This document shows, piece by piece, positions 9,157 to 20,692 of a stretch of 64,000 nt of DNA. The position numbers and the translations under genes were made by a program. This DNA comes from an uncultured Actinomycetota bacterium (GTDB lineage: Bacteria; Actinomycetota; Actinomycetes; Propionibacteriales; Nocardioidaceae): positions 50,337 through 114,336 of the forward strand of contig CAVQSC010000003.1 in NCBI GenBank assembly GCA_963715375.1, in the 5' to 3' direction. Positions within the stretch are counted from its first letter, which is position 1. The number at the start of each line of letters is the position of its first letter. The notes under the pieces were generated by a model. That model did not search any database. It worked only from the letters and a program-made list of their open reading frames with translations, and had not been told where the DNA came from.

Positions 9157-9682
9157 AGCTCGACGTCCCTCCCCGCCTCGTGAGCGTCCGCCTCGTCGCC
9201 GGCCAGGGTCTCGCCCTGACGGGCGCCCTGCCACTCGGCGAGCAGCCGTGCCTGGAGCCCGAACATCTCGCGGTGCTCCTCGGGCTCGGCGTGGTCGTAG
9301 CCGAGCAGGTGGAGGATCCCGTGCACGGTCAGCAGGTCGATCTCGTCCGCCGTGCCGTAGCCGGCCTGTCCCTTCGCCCGCGCCTCCTCGGCCTGCCGCT
9401 CGGCGATCGCCGGGCACAGCACGAGGTCGCCGAGGACGCCCTCCTCGGGCTCCTCGTCGACCATGCCGGGCCGTAGCTCGTCCATCGGGAAGGCGAGTAC
9501 GTCGGTGGGCCCGCTCTTCTCCATCCACTGCTCGTTGAGCTCGGCGATCGTCGCCTCGTCGACGAGCTTGATGCACAGCTCGGCCTGCGGGTGGACGCGC
9601 ATCCGGTCCATCGCGAAGCGGGCGAGCCGGGAGAGCTCGCGTACGTCGACCTCGGCGCCGGACTCGTCCAGGACCTCGATGC

Positions 9683-9686
<4 letters not shown>
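9153..9686 (-). CDS. ybeY: rRNA maturation endoribonuclease YbeY
   Basis: PTDVLAFP and [11 protein letters not shown] motifs; downstream of phoH. Confidence 0.97.
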
Positions 9687-11797
<2,111 letters not shown>

Positions 11798-11915
11798 CGA
11801 ATGGCCTGGCGGCCGACCTCCACGGGTGAGTGGGCAAGACGGTTGGAACTCCCCCATGCTACGGGAGCCGCAGGGAAACCGCCCCCGGTGCGACGCGCGC
11901 TCCTACAGTGGGTTC

Positions 11916-12179
11916 ATGTCGGAGTACGACGAGCTCCTCCCCGACCCCTGGGACGAGGGGGCGGCCGAGCTCATCGCGCCCGAGGACTTCCTCGGGCCCA
12001 ACGGGATCCCCGCCGACGCTCGGCGGATGGGCCTGGACCGCAACACCCAGGAGGGCGCCCTCCTCGGCCTGGCCGGGTCCTTGAACCCGGGGAAGCTCTC
12101 CCATCGGCTGGTCGCCTGGGTGCTGCTGGTCGTCCTCGCCTTCCCGTTCCTGCTCAACCTCGCCCGCCCGCTTCTCTGA
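11916..12179 (+). CDS. Small hypothetical membrane protein
   Basis: MSEYDELLPDPW... with C-terminal TM helix; ATG is 6 nt after TACAGT. Confidence 0.7.
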   Translation: MSEYDELLPDPWDEGAAELIAPEDFLGPNGIPADARRMGLDRNTQEGALLGLAGSLNPGKLSHRLVAWVLLVVLAFPFLLNLARPLL

Positions 12180-12238
12180 CCGACCCCGCAACGTCGTGTT
12201 CCCGCCGACCGGCGCAAGTTCGACGATGGTCGCTGTAC

Positions 12239-12571
12239 CTACTTCGGTGGGAGTGACCGCGCGTAGGTGAGCCCGTGGTCGACCCATCGCCTCAGCCCGT
12301 CGTCGCTCCCGAGCAGCTCCCCGTCCACACGCAGCCAGCCGTCCATCTCACGGCCGCGCATCTCGAAGCGCCTGACGTGTTCCTGGTCGACCATTGACGC
12401 AGTCAGGGCGGGGTCGACACGCAACAGCAGACCGCCCTGGCTGCTGGCTGCCACGGCCATGTTCCCGTTGGCCAGGAAGGCCAGCCCTCCGAACATGCGC
12501 TTCTCGCTCAGGTCGGGTTCGCCCTGGACGATGGTGCGGATCCGGTTCGCGAGCTCCTCGTCGTACGCCAT
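12239..12571 (-). CDS. TfoX/Sxy N-terminal domain family protein
   Basis: MAYDEELANRIR...EKRMFGGLAFLANGNM...MRGREMDGW...LPPK. ATG is 6 nt after GATACT. Confidence 0.85.
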   Translation of the reverse strand: MAYDEELANRIRTIVQGEPDLSEKRMFGGLAFLANGNMAVAASSQGGLLLRVDPALTASMVDQEHVRRFEMRGREMDGWLRVDGELLGSDDGLRRWVDHGLTYARSLPPK

Positions 12572-12666
12572 GTGGGCAGTATCTCGCCGGACGACCCACT
12601 TCCAAGGGGGTCGACGACCTATCTGCTCGGGGCCAAGCCGGTCCCCGGACGCGCGGGCACGGCGGA

Positions 12667-12995
12667 TCACGACCCAGAGGCAAGGAGGCGTACGGCGAGA
12701 GCTTCCGCCTGCAAGGTGTGAGGCGCGTCCTCGATCATCACCAGCTCGAACGCGAACCACCGGCCGCACGCCGGACCGAACATGGTGACCGCGTCGGGAC
12801 ACCACACGTCGAGGGGCCCCGGTGCCGTCGTCGAGGGTGACGCGCACTCCGTCGGCAAATCCCCAAGACTCGCGCACCTGCGCATGCACCCGCCCAGCCG
12901 CCGCCTCCGTCGTGCTCGTGACGTTCGAAACCTCCGGCCGCCAAGGTCTCGGCTGCGACCTCTAGGTTGCTGGTGAGGTCCTTGGCCACCAGCAC
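12667..12995 (-). pseudogene. Fragmented ORF, possibly an OB-fold remnant
   Basis: Pieces in different frames can be stitched to ...VRVTLDDGTG-PLDVWCPD...WFAFEL. Uncertain. Confidence 0.3.
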
Positions 12996-13065
12996 GACAG
13001 CCGGGGGCGGACTCCGGGGTTGATATGTCCGTATCTAGCCCGGGGCGCCGCGGCGACGCTCGTGT

Positions 13066-14265
13066 TCAGCGGAAGGCGCTGTGGCCGGTGAGGGCCTGGC
13101 CGATGACGAGCTGGTGGACCTCGGAGGTGCCCTCGTAGGTGAGGACGGACTCGAGGTTGTTGGCGTGCCGCATGATCGGGTACTCCAGGGTGATCCCGGC
13201 CGCGCCGAGGATGGTGCGGCACTCCCGGGCGATCGCGATGGCCTCGCGCACGTTGTTCAGCTTGCCCAGGCTGACCTGTTCGGGGCGGATCTTCCCGGCG
13301 TCCTTCAGCGACCCGAGGTGCAGGGCGAGCAGCATGCCCTTGCCGAGCTCCAGGGTCATGTCGGCGAGCTTGGCCTGGGTCAGCTGGTAGGCCGCGAGCG
13401 GCTTGTCGAAGATGTCACGGTCGGCGGCGTAGGCGATCGCGGTCTCCAGGCAGTCCCGGGCCGCGCCGAGGGCGCCGAAGACGATCCCGTAGCGGGCCTC
13501 GTTCAGGCACGACAACGGCCCCGACAGCCCCACGGCCTCGGGCAGCATCGCCGAGGCAGGAAGCCGGACGTCGTCCAGCACGAGCTCGGAGGTCACGCTC
13601 GCGCGCAGCGACATCTTCTTCTTGATCTCCGGTGCCGAGAACCCCGGCGCGTTGGTGGGCACCACGAACCCGCGGATCCGGTCATCGTCCGGGTCGGCGG
13701 GGTCCTCGGTCCGTGCCCAGACCACGGCGACGTCGGCGACCGAGCCGTTGGTGATCCACATCTTCGTGCCGTTCAAGACCCAGTCGTTCCCGTCCCGGCG
13801 GGCGCGAGTGCGCATCCCGGCCGGGTTCGACCCGAAGTCAGGCTCGGTCAGCCCGAAGCAGCCGATCGCCTCCCCCGCCGCCATCCGCGGCAGCCACTCC
13901 TGCTTCTGCTCCTCCGAGCCCCACCGGTGGATCGCGAACATCGCCAGCGACCCCTGCACGCTCACCAGCGACCGCAGCCCCGAGTCGCCCGCCTCGAGCT
14001 CCATGCACGCCAGCCCGTACGCCGTCGCAGACGTCCCGGCACATCCGTAGCCCTCCAGGTGCATGCCCAGCACACCCAGCGCCCCGAGCTCCTTGGCAAG
14101 GTCCCGGACCGGGACCGCCCCCGTCTCGTACCAGTCCGCGAGCTCCGGCTTGACCTTCTCGTCCACGAACCGCCGGACGGTGTCCCGGATCGCGAGGTCC
14201 TCCTCGACGATCAGCGCATCGGTCCCGAACAAGCCGAGCGGCGTCTGGGGTGTCGCAGTAGCCAT
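13066..14265 (-). CDS. Acyl-CoA dehydrogenase, glutaryl-CoA dehydrogenase-like
   Basis: DSGLRSLVSVQGSL, CFGLTEPDFGSNP, KMWITNG, KMSLRAS, NLESVLTYEGT, typical of the GCDH subfamily. Confidence 0.85.
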   Translation of the reverse strand: MATATPQTPLGLFGTDALIVEEDLAIRDTVRRFVDEKVKPELADWYETGAVPVRDLAKELGALGVLGMHLEGYGCAGTSATAYGLACMELEAGDSGLRSLVSVQGSLAMFAIHRWGSEEQKQEWLPRMAAGEAIGCFGLTEPDFGSNPAGMRTRARRDGNDWVLNGTKMWITNGSVADVAVVWARTEDPADPDDDRIRGFVVPTNAPGFSAPEIKKKMSLRASVTSELVLDDVRLPASAMLPEAVGLSGPLSCLNEARYGIVFGALGAARDCLETAIAYAADRDIFDKPLAAYQLTQAKLADMTLELGKGMLLALHLGSLKDAGKIRPEQVSLGKLNNVREAIAIARECRTILGAAGITLEYPIMRHANNLESVLTYEGTSEVHQLVIGQALTGHSAFR

Positions 14266-14292
14266 GGTCTGCTGCCTTTCGAAAGGGGTCGG

Positions 14293-15444
14293 TCAGAGGA
14301 ACGCGCTGACACCGGTCTCGGCGCGACCGATGAGGAGCTTCTGGATCTGGCTGGTGCCTTCGTACAAGGTCATCACGCGGGCGTCGCGCATGTACTTCTG
14401 CACCGGGTACTCGTCGACGTACCCGTAGCCGCCGAAGACCTGGATGGCGAGGTTCGCGGCCCGGACGGCCGCCTCGGAGGAGAACAGCTTCGCCTTGGAC
14501 GCCTCGACGCCGAAGGGCTCGCCCCGCTCGATGAGGTCGGCCGCGCGCCAGGTCAGCAGCCGAGCGGCGTCCGCGTCGATCGAGATGTCCGCGATCATGT
14601 CCTGGATCAGCTGGAACGACGCGAGCGGGCGCCCGAACTGCTGGCGCTCCTTCGAGTACGACACGACGCTCTCCAGGCAGCCCTGGATGATCCCGACGCA
14701 GCCCGCGGCCACGGACACCCGTCCCTTGTCCAGGGAGTACATCGCGATCTTGAAGCCCTGACCCTCCTCGCCGAGCATCGCCGACGCCGGCACGCGCACG
14801 TCGTCGAAGGAGAGCTCGGCCGTGGCCTGGCCCCGGAGGCCGAGCTTGCCCTTGATCTCCCTGCACTCGAAGCCCGGCGTGTCCGTGGGGACCAGGAACG
14901 CCGAGACCCCCTTGGGTCCCGGACCACCGGTGCGCGCGAAGACCAGGCAGACGTCGGCCCACGTGCCGTTGGTGATGAACATCTTGGAGCCGTTGATGAC
15001 GTAGTCGTCGCCGTCGCGCGCGGCATGGGTCGTCAGGTTGCCCGCGTCCGAGCCGGTGTCGGGTTCGGTCAGGCCGAAGCAGCCGAGCTTGGTCCCGTTC
15101 GCGATCCCGGGGAGCCACTCCTGCTTCTGCTCCTCGGTGCCGTGGGACAGGATCACCTTGCCGACCAGGCCCATCGACACCGAGACGATGCCGCGGACGG
15201 AGGAGTCGGCTCGTCCGAGCTCCTCCATCCCGATGCAGTAGGTGATGTAGTCGCCGCCGAGGCCGCCGTACTCCTCAGGAATGGTCAGGCCGAAGAACCC
15301 GATCTCGCCGAGCTTCGGGATGATCGCGGTGTCGACCGACTCCACGCGGTCCCACTCCGTGCGGTAGGGCACCACCTCGTTGTCCAGGAAGTCGCGTGCG
15401 AGCTTCTTGAAGCTCTTCTGGTCGTCGTTCAGTGACAGGTCCAT
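14293..15444 (-). CDS. Acyl-CoA dehydrogenase
   Basis: FGLTEPDTGSD, KMFITNG, KLGLRG, FGGYGY, YEGTSQIQ. Confidence 0.92.
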   Translation of the reverse strand: MDLSLNDDQKSFKKLARDFLDNEVVPYRTEWDRVESVDTAIIPKLGEIGFFGLTIPEEYGGLGGDYITYCIGMEELGRADSSVRGIVSVSMGLVGKVILSHGTEEQKQEWLPGIANGTKLGCFGLTEPDTGSDAGNLTTHAARDGDDYVINGSKMFITNGTWADVCLVFARTGGPGPKGVSAFLVPTDTPGFECREIKGKLGLRGQATAELSFDDVRVPASAMLGEEGQGFKIAMYSLDKGRVSVAAGCVGIIQGCLESVVSYSKERQQFGRPLASFQLIQDMIADISIDADAARLLTWRAADLIERGEPFGVEASKAKLFSSEAAVRAANLAIQVFGGYGYVDEYPVQKYMRDARVMTLYEGTSQIQKLLIGRAETGVSAFL

Positions 15445-15447
15445 GCG

Positions 15448-17082
15448 TCACACCTCGCCCTTCACCTGGTCGCGCAGCTCGAACTTCCTGATCTTGCCGC
15501 TCGGCGTCTTCGGGAAGTCCTCGAGGATCTCCAGACGCTCGGGCCAGTACTGCTTGGCGACGCCCTTGTCCGCGAGGAACCTCTGCATCTCCTCGAAGGT
15601 GAACTCGCCGGCGCCCGGCTTGACGATGACGCAGGCACACGCCCGCTCCTGCAGCCGCGGGTCGGGTGTTGCCACGATGGCGACCGACTCGAGCTTGGGG
15701 TTCTCGTAGAGGACGTTCTCCACGTAGGACACCGGGATGTTCTCACCGCCCCGGATGATCACGTCCTTCGTGCGACCGGAGATGTTGACGTAGCCGTCCG
15801 CGTCGATCCTGGCCAGGTCGCCGGTGTCGAACCAAGGCCCGTCGAAGGTCGCCCGCGTCATCTCGAGACGCTCGGCGTACCCGACGAAGAGGGTCGGGCC
15901 GTAGACCTGGAGCCGGCCCTCCTCACCCGGCGGGACCTCCTTGCCCTCGAAGTCCACGGTGCGGATGCGCATGCCCGGCCAGGGATAGCCGTCGGTCTCG
16001 ATGACCTTCTCCTCCGGGTCGCCCGGGATGCCGAGGGTGACCAGGCCGTTCTCGGTCTGCCCCCATCCGCCGAGCACGACGAGGCCGGGAAGCTTCTCCT
16101 TGGCCTCCCGGACGAGCACCCGCGGGATCGGCGCTCCCATGCAGCAGAACCGGACCAGCGAGGACAGGTCGTGGTCCCCCAGGTTCGGCGCGTTCAGGAC
16201 GTCATGGAGGAACGGCGTGGCCGCCGACGTGTACGTGATGCCGTGCTCCTCGACGAGCTCGACGAACCGGCTCGCGTCCCAGACGTCCTGGAGCACGCCG
16301 GTCGCGCCGTTCTGCACGTTCAGCCTCGCGCCGTACAGGAACCCGGTGAGGTGCGCGAGCGTCGAGGCCATGTGGATCACGCTGTCGCTGGTGATCCCGA
16401 GCCGTTCCGGGAGCGGCCGGTTCGCGGCCACGACGGTGTTGTGCGTGTGCATGACGCCCTTGGGCTCCCCCGTCGTACCAGAGGTGAAGATCAGCAGCGT
16501 CACGTCGTCGGGGTCTGGCCGCAGGTCTGCCAGCAAGCCGGGATGGCGGCGGGACTCCCACGGCGTCGCCATGAAGTCCTCCCACGAGGAGGTGCCCTGA
16601 CCGGGCTTCCCGTCCACGACCAGCACGTGCTCGAGAGCAGGCCACTGTGGCCGGAGCTCGTCGACCATTCCGACGTAGTCGAAGCCACGAAAGTCGGCGG
16701 GCACGACGATCACCTTCGACCTCGCGAGGCCGACCATGAAGCCCAGCTCGCGCTGGCGGTAGATCGGGATGAGCGGGTTGCTGATCGCGCCGATCCTCGT
16801 GGCCGCGTAGTGCACGACCACCCACTCGATCCAGTTCGGAAGCTGGAAGGAGACCACGTCGCCGGGCCGCACGCCGAGCTCGAGCAGACCGAGCGCGCAC
16901 CGGTCCACCTCCCGCCGGAGCTCCGCATAGGTGACCTGCCTCCGGCTGTCGATGAAGGCGGTCTTGTCCGGGTTCTGCTCGGCCACCTCGTCGAGGTAGT
17001 CGGTGATCGTCCGGTTCAGCCAGTAGCCCTGGCTGGTGTACTCCTCGATCTTCTCCTGGGTGAGGATCGTCTGGAACGTCAT
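15448..17082 (-). CDS. aliA: Cyclohexanecarboxylate-CoA ligase-like AMP-binding enzyme
   Basis: FTSGTTGEPKGVMHT, HLTGFLYG, FDTGD, IIRGGENIP, KTPSGKI; in an operon with badH/aliB/badI homologues. Confidence 0.8.
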   Translation of the reverse strand: MTFQTILTQEKIEEYTSQGYWLNRTITDYLDEVAEQNPDKTAFIDSRRQVTYAELRREVDRCALGLLELGVRPGDVVSFQLPNWIEWVVVHYAATRIGAISNPLIPIYRQRELGFMVGLARSKVIVVPADFRGFDYVGMVDELRPQWPALEHVLVVDGKPGQGTSSWEDFMATPWESRRHPGLLADLRPDPDDVTLLIFTSGTTGEPKGVMHTHNTVVAANRPLPERLGITSDSVIHMASTLAHLTGFLYGARLNVQNGATGVLQDVWDASRFVELVEEHGITYTSAATPFLHDVLNAPNLGDHDLSSLVRFCCMGAPIPRVLVREAKEKLPGLVVLGGWGQTENGLVTLGIPGDPEEKVIETDGYPWPGMRIRTVDFEGKEVPPGEEGRLQVYGPTLFVGYAERLEMTRATFDGPWFDTGDLARIDADGYVNISGRTKDVIIRGGENIPVSYVENVLYENPKLESVAIVATPDPRLQERACACVIVKPGAGEFTFEEMQRFLADKGVAKQYWPERLEILEDFPKTPSGKIRKFELRDQVKGEV

Positions 17083-17095
17083 GTCGGTCTCCGGG

Positions 17096-17842
17096 TCAGC
17101 TCATGGTGAGGCCGCCGCTGACGCTGACGGTCTGGCCGGTGATGAAGTTGGCTTCGTCGGAGGCGAAGAAGGCGACCATGTTCGCCAGGTCGCTCGGCTG
17201 CGCCAGCCGGCGGAAGGGGATCGCCTTGGTCAGCGCCTCGCGCAGCTTCGGGTTGTCCCCGCCCACCGACGCGAAGAGCGCGGTGTCCGTCGGGCCGGGC
17301 GAGACGCAGTTGGCGTTGACCTGGTGCCGCGCCATCTCCCGTGCGGTGGCCTTGGTGAACGCGATGACCCCGCCCTTCGCGGCGGAGTAGACCGCCTCAC
17401 CGGACGAGCCGACCCGGCCGGCGTCCGAGGCGAGGTTCACGACGGAGCCGTGGCCCTGCACGGCCATGATCGGCAGCACGGCCTTCGAGGTGTTCAGCAC
17501 GCCGTAGAGGTTGATCTGGATGACCCGGTCCCAGTCGGCGGGGTCGGAGTCGACGAACGGGCCGGCCTTGTCCCAGCCGGCGTTGTTGACGAGTACGTCG
17601 ATCCGCCCGAACTGGTTCATCACCTGGCCCACCATCGCGACGACCGACTCACGCGAGGTGACGTCGGTGTGGATCCCGAGGGCTCCCCCGCCGATGGCGT
17701 CGGCGGTCTCCTTGGCCGTCGACTCGTTGATGTCGGTGACGACCACGGTCGCCCCCTCGGATGCGAGCTTCTCCGCGATCGCCTTGCCGATCCCCTGACC
17801 TGCACCGGTCACGATCGCGATCTTTTCGTCGAGCTTTCCCAT
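17096..17842 (-). CDS. badH: SDR, 2-hydroxycyclohexanecarboxyl-CoA dehydrogenase-like
   Basis: TGAGQGIG, NNAGWDK, ASDAGRVGSSGEAVYSAAKGG, PGPTDT, SVSGGLTM. Confidence 0.85.
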   Translation of the reverse strand: MGKLDEKIAIVTGAGQGIGKAIAEKLASEGATVVVTDINESTAKETADAIGGGALGIHTDVTSRESVVAMVGQVMNQFGRIDVLVNNAGWDKAGPFVDSDPADWDRVIQINLYGVLNTSKAVLPIMAVQGHGSVVNLASDAGRVGSSGEAVYSAAKGGVIAFTKATAREMARHQVNANCVSPGPTDTALFASVGGDNPKLREALTKAIPFRRLAQPSDLANMVAFFASDEANFITGQTVSVSGGLTMS

Positions 17843-17885
17843 GAGGCTGTTCCTTCGCTGTCAGTGTCGTTCGGTTGTCGAGGGA

Positions 17886-19031
17886 CTAGGGCGCGTAGGC
17901 ACGGCCGAGGAGGCTGCGAGCGATGACGAGCTTGGAGACCTGGGCGGTGCCGTCGCCGATCTCGAGGCCGATGACGTCGCGCAGGCGCTGGCCCAGCGGG
18001 CTCTCGGTGGAGTAGCCCATGTGGCCGAAGGTGAGCAGGCACTGGTGGATCACCTCTGCCGACAGCTTCGGGGCCCAGAACTTCGCCATCGCCGCCTCGG
18101 CCGAGTGCTCGATGTCGTTGTCCTTCTTCCAAAGCGCCTCGTAGCAGACATGGCGAGCACCGCGGACGTAGGTGGCGCACTCCGCGAGCGGGAAGGCCAC
18201 CCCCTGGAACTTCCCGATCGGCTGCCCGAACGCCTCCCGGTCGCGCGCCCACTGGAACGCCTCCTCCAGCGACACCTGCGCGGCGCCGAGGCAGGCCAGG
18301 CCGATGATCGCCCGCGAGTAGTCGAACCCCTGCATGACCGAGACGAACCCGTCACCCTCCGCGCCGATCAGGTCGGCCCGGGTCACCGGCGCCCCCTCGA
18401 AGTGCAGCGACGCCCGCCCGATAGCCCGGCCGCCGAGGTCGTCGAACCCGGCGCGCGTGACGAACTCCGTGTCGAGGTCGACCCAGAACGCGCTCACACC
18501 TCGGGCGCCGGGCCCACCGGTGCGAGCCAGCACGACGCCGCGGTCGGCGGCCATGCCCAAGGTGATCGAGGTCTTCTCGCCGTGGAGCCGCCACCCGTCG
18601 CCGGCGGGCACCGCCTTGAGCTCCAGGCTCGCCGCATCGGTGCCGTGACCGGGCTCGGTGATGCAGATGCACGGGATCGAGGAGCCGTCTGCGATCCCGG
18701 GCAGCCACTCACGTTTCTGCTCCTCGGTGGCGTTGCGCACGATGATGTCGCTGATCAGGGCGGTGTTGATGATCAGGTAGGTCGCGTTGAAGTCCGCCCG
18801 GCCCACCTCCTCGGCGGCAAGGCCGGCGACCACGGCAGTCGCCTCCTGCCCGCCGTACTCCTCGGGGATCCGGAGGCCGGTGAGTCCCATGCCGGCCATG
18901 TCGATGGCCAGCTCGCGGCGGAACGTCGCGGCCTTGTCGTCGGACTGGTACTTCGGCGCGAGCGTCTTGGTCGCGAAGCGGCGAAGCTCCTGACGGAACG
19001 ACTCCTGGTCGTCGTCGAATCGGAAGTCCAT
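17886..19031 (-). CDS. aliB: Cyclohexanecarboxyl-CoA dehydrogenase-like
   Basis: GEKTSITLG, ARGVSAF, QGFDYSRAIIGL, RDVIGLEIGDGTAQ; operon context. Confidence 0.82.
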   Translation of the reverse strand: MDFRFDDDQESFRQELRRFATKTLAPKYQSDDKAATFRRELAIDMAGMGLTGLRIPEEYGGQEATAVVAGLAAEEVGRADFNATYLIINTALISDIIVRNATEEQKREWLPGIADGSSIPCICITEPGHGTDAASLELKAVPAGDGWRLHGEKTSITLGMAADRGVVLARTGGPGARGVSAFWVDLDTEFVTRAGFDDLGGRAIGRASLHFEGAPVTRADLIGAEGDGFVSVMQGFDYSRAIIGLACLGAAQVSLEEAFQWARDREAFGQPIGKFQGVAFPLAECATYVRGARHVCYEALWKKDNDIEHSAEAAMAKFWAPKLSAEVIHQCLLTFGHMGYSTESPLGQRLRDVIGLEIGDGTAQVSKLVIARSLLGRAYAP

Positions 19032-19034
19032 GGC

Positions 19035-19832
19035 TCAGTGCCAGTTGACGTGCTTGTTGAACTCGGGCTTGCGCTTCTCGGCGAACGCCGCGGCGCCCTC
19101 CAGTCCCTCCGGCGAGGCGGTGAACATGTCCAGCGCGGTCATCGCCATGTTGCTCAGGCCGGCCTGGTGGTCGGTGTCGGCGTTGAAGGACTGCTTGAGG
19201 AGGCGGATCGCGGTGGGGCTCTTCTCGGCCACCTCCGCAGCCCACGCCTTGGCCTCCTTGAGCAGCTGGTCGCCCGGGACGACCTTGTTGACGAGGTTCA
19301 TCGCGAGTGCCTCGTTCGCGTCGTACATCCGGCACCAGAACCACATCTCCCGCGCCTTCTTCTCGCCCACCACCCGCGCGAGGTACGCCGACCCGAAGCC
19401 CGCGTCGAACGAGCCGACCTTGGGACCGGCCTGTCCGAACCTGGCCGTCTCGCTCGCGATGGAGACGTCGCACAGGACGTGCAGGACGTGCCCACCGCCG
19501 ACGGCGACACCGTTCACGGCGGCGATGACCGGCTTGGGGATGTCCCGGATGACCTTGTGGAGGTAGCCGATCTCGAACATGCCGCTCTCGCTGGGACCGT
19601 AGTCGCCGGTCTCCGCACGCTGCTTCACGTCACCGCCGGTGCAGAAGGCCTTCTCCCCCGCACCGGTGAGGATCACCGACTGGACCTGCCGGTCTGCCCA
19701 CGCCAGTCGGAAGGCCTTGATCATCTCCTCGACGGTCTTCGCCCTGAACGCGTTGTAGCGCTCGGGACGGTTGATCGTGATGATCGCCGCTGACTCCTCG
19801 ACGACGTACTGGATGTCCTCGAACTCCGACAT
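19035..19832 (-). CDS. badI: 2-ketocyclohexanecarboxyl-CoA hydrolase-like crotonase
   Basis: NRPERYNAF, AFCTGGD, FGQAGPKVGSFDAGFG, VGEKKAREMWF; first gene of the ali/bad-like operon; GAGG SD before ATG 19832. Confidence 0.8.
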   Translation of the reverse strand: MSEFEDIQYVVEESAAIITINRPERYNAFRAKTVEEMIKAFRLAWADRQVQSVILTGAGEKAFCTGGDVKQRAETGDYGPSESGMFEIGYLHKVIRDIPKPVIAAVNGVAVGGGHVLHVLCDVSIASETARFGQAGPKVGSFDAGFGSAYLARVVGEKKAREMWFWCRMYDANEALAMNLVNKVVPGDQLLKEAKAWAAEVAEKSPTAIRLLKQSFNADTDHQAGLSNMAMTALDMFTASPEGLEGAAAFAEKRKPEFNKHVNWH

Positions 19833-19869
19833 CTGGGGCACCTCTCGGCTGGACTGGGCTGGAAGTGAA

Positions 19870-19967
19870 AATGAACATTCGTTCACCACGAATGAATGTA
19901 GGTTCACTTCTTCGCCGGGTCAAGGGTTTCGACCCCCGAACGTGGGATAAAATGAATCTTGGTTCAC
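19870..19967. promoter_or_regulatory. Three copies of AATGAA-N5-GTTCAC (putative TetR operators) with divergent sigma70 promoters
   Basis: Copies at 19870-19886, 19891-19907 and 19951-19967. Minus-strand TTGACC(19923-19918)-N17-TACATT(19900-19895). Plus-strand TAAAAT at 19948-19953. Confidence 0.8.
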
Positions 19968-19994
19968 CCGACCAAGCCGAAGCCCGGAGGCCCC

Positions 19995-20678
19995 ATGAGT
20001 TCCGCCGCTCCCCTCGCCGCCGAAGCGCCCGACCCGCACGAGGCCGCGCGCCTCACTCGTGCGCAGCAGCGCAGCCAGCAGCTGCTCACCGCTGCCGCGA
20101 GGCTCATGGAGCGCGACGGCTCGCAGGCGGTCTCGATGCAGGCGGTGGCGGACGAGGCCGGCGTGAGCGTCGGGCTGATCTACCGCTACTTCGGCGGGAA
20201 GGACGACCTCCTCCTCGCCGTGATCGTCGACGTCCTCGACGCCTTCGCCGTGCGGGTTCCCGGGGCCATCGACGCTGCCGGCGACAACCCGGTCGAGCGG
20301 CTCGCGGCGGCCTTCCGCGCCTACTGCGAGGTGATCGACGAGCACCGGCACGCGGCCGTGCTGACCTACCGGGAGAGCAAGAGCCTGAGCGCCGAGGGAC
20401 GCCAGCGGATCAAGGAGCTCGAGGTCGCCACGAGCGAGCCGCTCCGCACCTTGCTCCGTGAGGGGATCGAGGCGGGCGAGCTCCAGGACGTCGACGTCGA
20501 CCTGGTGTCCTACAACCTCCTGCTGCTGGCGCACGGGTGGGCACTCAAGCACTGGTACTTCGAGCGGACCCTCGAGCTCGACGAGTACGTCGCCGAGCAG
20601 ACCGCCCTGGCGCTCAGCGCGTTGCTCCAGCCCCGACGGCGCCGCAGCTACCGCCGACTGCTCGGTCAGGCCGACTGA
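19995..20678 (+). CDS. TetR/AcrR family transcriptional regulator
   Basis: HTH VSMQAVADEAGVSVGLIYRYFGGKDDLL; GGAGG SD; divergent from the catabolic operon. Confidence 0.93.
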   Translation: MSSAAPLAAEAPDPHEAARLTRAQQRSQQLLTAAARLMERDGSQAVSMQAVADEAGVSVGLIYRYFGGKDDLLLAVIVDVLDAFAVRVPGAIDAAGDNPVERLAAAFRAYCEVIDEHRHAAVLTYRESKSLSAEGRQRIKELEVATSEPLRTLLREGIEAGELQDVDVDLVSYNLLLLAHGWALKHWYFERTLELDEYVAEQTALALSALLQPRRRRSYRRLLGQAD

Positions 20679-20692
20679 GGACGGCAGCGCGC

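Noticed and set aside
19035-19832. Annotation as menB (naphthoate synthase)
   Set aside because: MenB and BadI are close homologues, but the aliA/aliB/badH context and absence of men genes favour BadI.
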